Assembly (NCBI GenBank): GCA_030681645.1
Contig: JAUXRX010000045.1
Span: 1-63,764, forward strand
Direction of reading: 5' to 3'
Source of the DNA: Archangium sp.
GTDB taxonomy: Bacteria; Myxococcota; Myxococcia; Myxococcales; Myxococcaceae
Length of the DNA stretch: 63,764 nt
Under the pieces are notes generated by a model. That model searched no databases. It saw only the letters and a program-made list of their open reading frames with translations, and had not been told where the DNA came from. The position numbers were made by a program, and so were the translations under genes. Shown in pieces: positions 63,611 through 63,764 of the stretch (the stretch's first letter is position 1; every line of letters begins with the position of its first letter).

Positions 63611-63764
63611 GTCGCTTCGCCTTGGCGCACCTTTCGCTTCGCTTCAGTTGCGCTTGTCCAGCGTTCCGCTGGACCGGCTCCGCTCCCTCTCTGGTCGCTT
63701 CGCCTTGGCGCACCTTCCGCTTCGCTTCAGTTGCGCTTGTCCAGCGTTCCGCTGGACCGGCTCC
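63611..63764. repeat. tandem direct repeat, 83-bp unit, ≥1.85 copies (truncated by window end)
   Basis: The unit gtcgcttcgccttggcgcacctt(t/c)cgcttcgcttcagttgcgcttgtccagcgttccgctggaccggctcc... is repeated with one mismatch. Confidence 0.8.

Noticed and set aside
63611-63764. Possible CRISPR array at the window end
   Set aside because: The repeats are contiguous 83-bp units without unique spacers, so this is a tandem direct repeat, not a CRISPR array.

Overview
This window is a ~70% GC chromosomal segment, almost certainly myxobacterial. Three things point that way: a TIGR02265-like (DUF2378) protein, many Ser/Thr kinases, and an MglA-like GTPase, on top of the very high GC and the long spurious antisense ORFs it produces. 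I resolved about 54 protein-coding genes. Housekeeping genes include gyrB, recF, the tail of ccoO followed by ccoP, lepB, glgA and an EF-G-like GTPase. Signalling genes include two Hanks-type Ser/Thr kinases, a PocR-domain histidine kinase, an MglA-like Ras-family GTPase, an HxlR regulator and a cNMP-binding patatin. The rest are secreted or lipoprotein hypotheticals.

The most striking feature is a full-length homolog of the eukaryotic major vault protein (MVP) at 16594..18759. Elsewhere in the window sits a large secreted VIT-vWA-TPR protein, the same domain pair found in the vault component VPARP.

Other notable loci:
- A candidate small-molecule or peptide amidoligase cluster at 54545..60552: an S51 peptidase-like protein, two esterases, an ATP-grasp-like ligase and a GCS2-CBS ligase.
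- Two paralogous ~400-aa ATP-grasp genes, each followed by a small ORF.
- A catalytically degenerate PilT-like ATPase translationally coupled to gyrB.
- recF convergent with gyrB and start/stop-coupled to a large lipoprotein gene.
- A family of REP-like intergenic inverted repeats (CCCTCTCCC...GGGAGAGGG, often flanked by GGGGTGAGGGG) with at least 9 copies.
- A 20-bp motif GCGAACTCGCGCCTCGAGGG present 5 times, including once in-frame inside the MVP gene.
- An 83-bp tandem repeat truncated by the window end.

No rRNA, tRNA or CRISPR array was recognised. Coordinates of predicted starts carry about ±3 nt uncertainty in places, and alternative in-frame starts are noted.
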